Both the position numbers and the translations under genes were made by a program. From positions 330,001 through 362,000 of the forward strand of contig NZ_CP065936.1 in the NCBI RefSeq assembly GCF_003367075.2: DNA of 32,000 bases, in the 5' to 3' direction. Source of the DNA: Cylindrospermopsis raciborskii Cr2010. GTDB taxonomy: Bacteria > Cyanobacteriota > Cyanobacteriia > Cyanobacteriales > Nostocaceae. Below, one piece after another: positions 30,473 through 32,000 of this stretch (the stretch's first letter is position 1; each line of letters begins with the position of its first letter). A model generated the notes under the pieces. It saw only the letters and a program-made list of their open reading frames with translations. It had not been told where the DNA came from and did not search any database.

Positions 30473-30592
30473 CTAATTGCGTTGGACCTTATCTTTTTGG
30501 CTGATAAAAATCAAACCTACGGTAGCAGGGATAACTACAATAGCAGTACCCCAAAGTAGACTCCAAAGGAAATTTGCTAAAGAGGGTGTCAT
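30473..30592 (-). CDS. psbX: Photosystem II reaction center protein PsbX, 39 aa
   Basis: Manual translation gives MTPSLANFLWSLLWGTAIVVIPATVGLIFISQKDKVQRN, a textbook PsbX. Too short to appear in the supplied ORF track. Confidence 0.96.
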   Translation of the reverse strand: MTPSLANFLWSLLWGTAIVVIPATVGLIFISQKDKVQRN

Positions 30593-30681
30593 AATTCTTA
30601 ACCTGATTTTTTTACACAATTCATCCTGATTTTAGCAAAGAATGAACTCAATTGTGGTACTATTGGATTTAACTAATAGTC

Positions 30682-30990
30682 ATGACTAGTGTTATGAGTG
30701 GTGTTGACCTGATCTCCTGGACTGTTGGACCCCTTCTGGGTGTCATGACCTTTTTATTTATTTTCCGGATCATTTTGACTTGGTATCCCCAGGTGAGTCT
30801 TAAACAGTTACCGTTTAGTCTAATTGCCTGGCCAACCGAACCTTTTTTGATCCTACTCAGAAGAATTGTACCACCTCTTGGTGGTGTGGATATCACTCCC
30901 ATTATTTGGGTAGGTATCTTCAGCTTGGTAAGGGAGTTTTTACTAGGTCAGCAAGGATTACTGACCATGGCGGCACGATTAAATGGGTAG
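30682..30990 (+). CDS. YggT/Ycf19 family membrane protein
   Basis: FRIILTWYPQ...LIAWPTEPFLILLRRIVPPLGGVDITPIIWVGIFSLVREFL. Confidence 0.92.
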   Translation: MTSVMSGVDLISWTVGPLLGVMTFLFIFRIILTWYPQVSLKQLPFSLIAWPTEPFLILLRRIVPPLGGVDITPIIWVGIFSLVREFLLGQQGLLTMAARLNG

Positions 30991-31006
30991 TTACTATCAA
31001 CAACAA

Positions 31007-32000
31007 CTAGGGAAGTTTCATATCCTGTATGAAACTGGTGTAAACCTGACCTTGTAAAAACTGTGGATGTTCCATAATCCTTTGATGAAATCCAATGGTT
31101 GTAGGTAATCCGGTAATTGCACATTCCCTTAGGGCCCGTTTCATACGATTAATAGCTGTATGGCGATCAGGTCCCCAGACGATTAATTTACCAATCAGGG
31201 AATCGTAGTAGGGAGGGATTTGGTAATCTGTGTAAACATGAGAATCAATTCTTACCCCTGGTCCTCCTGGTGGTAAGTAACCACTGATTTTACCAGGTGA
31301 TGGACGAAAGTCATGATCTGGGTCTTCAGCATTGATGCGACATTCGATAGCATGGCCTTGGAGGGTGACCTTATCCTGGTCAAATTTGAGTCTTTCACCT
31401 TGAGCAATACGAATTTGCTCCACCAGAAGATCCACACCGGTGACCATTTCAGTCACTGGGTGTTCTACTTGAATCCGGGTGTTCATTTCCATAAAGTAGA
31501 AATGATCTGACTTATCTAAGAGAAATTCAATGGTTCCAGCACCTGTGTAGTTGATAAACTGTGCTGCTTTTACAGCTGCATGTCCCATTTTTTCACGTAG
31601 ATCTTCATCTAGAGCAGGACTAGGAGCTTCTTCTAATAACTTTTGGTTACGACGCTGAATAGAACAGTCCCTTTCTCCTAAATGGATGACATTACCATAG
31701 TTATCCGCCAGGATTTGAAATTCGATGTGTCGGGGACGTTCGATAAATTTTTCTATATAGACACCAGCATTACCAAAAGCGGCGCCAGCTTCTCCTTGAG
31801 CTGCATGGAACAGCTTAATAAACTCATCTTCACTACGCACAAGACGCATACCCCTTCCACCACCTCCAGCAGTGGCCTTGATCATCACAGGGTAACCTAT
31901 CTGGTGAGCGATCGCCAGTCCTTGGGTTTCAGTTTCCACCAGTCCATCACTACCGGGAACTGTGGGAACTCCAGCCTTTTGCATGGTTTCCTTGGCTGTG
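31007..32000 (-). CDS. accC: Acetyl-CoA carboxylase biotin carboxylase subunit, partial; the N-terminus lies beyond the window edge
   Basis: PVMIKATAGGGGRGMRLV, YIEKFIERPRHIEFQILAD, RDCSIQRRNQKLLEEAPS, FYFMEMNTRIQVEHPVTEMVTG. The frame stays open to 32000. Confidence 0.98.
   Translation of the reverse strand, partial: TAKETMQKAGVPTVPGSDGLVETETQGLAIAHQIGYPVMIKATAGGGGRGMRLVRSEDEFIKLFHAAQGEAGAAFGNAGVYIEKFIERPRHIEFQILADNYGNVIHLGERDCSIQRRNQKLLEEAPSPALDEDLREKMGHAAVKAAQFINYTGAGTIEFLLDKSDHFYFMEMNTRIQVEHPVTEMVTGVDLLVEQIRIAQGERLKFDQDKVTLQGHAIECRINAEDPDHDFRPSPGKISGYLPPGGPGVRIDSHVYTDYQIPPYYDSLIGKLIVWGPDRHTAINRMKRALRECAITGLPTTIGFHQRIMEHPQFLQGQVYTSFIQDMKLP
31015..31035. terminator. Candidate bidirectional terminator or 3' hairpin between yggT and accC
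   Basis: Perfect 8-bp stem GTTTCATA-TCCTG-TATGAAAC overlapping the last codons of accC. Confidence 0.35.

Overview
The window is chromosomal and cyanobacterial, probably from a filamentous Nostocales species. The evidence is psbX, ycf66, a cyAbrB regulator, several DUF families typical of cyanobacteria, and about 10 HIP1 (GCGATCGC) sites. Most of it is housekeeping: obg, an RRM RNA-binding protein, DUF3598, class II ribonucleotide reductase nrdJ, mnmG, a histidine kinase, cysE, DUF3352, rhodanese, hrcA, a methyltransferase, DUF29, SRPBCC, a radical SAM protein, two alpha/beta hydrolases, pyrH-frr, cyAbrB, an sdhB-like gene, two TolB-like lipoproteins, ycf66, psbX, a YggT/Ycf19 gene and accC (partial). 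Two features stand out. (1) nrdJ is split by a group II intron of about 1.96 kb (5543-7503). The intron keeps an intact 5' GTGTG end, domain V and a domain VI branch A. Its 427-aa protein has lost every reverse-transcriptase catalytic motif (YADD is replaced by HGSE) and has no HNH domain, yet the frame is open. This suggests a splicing-only maturase. (2) Between two alpha/beta hydrolase genes lies a 66-aa peptide gene (23490-23690) with a classic double-glycine leader (LSVEEQQLISGG) and a His/Tyr/Cys-rich core, a candidate secreted or RiPP-like peptide. Also notable are two paralogous PD-(D/E)XK-like proteins about 11 kb apart, a perfect 12-bp hairpin between psbX and ycf66, psbX itself (absent from the supplied ORF track), and a possible 50-codon ORF. 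I saw no CRISPR array, rRNA, tRNA or intact DNA transposon. All calls are by eye; no database search or folding software was used.
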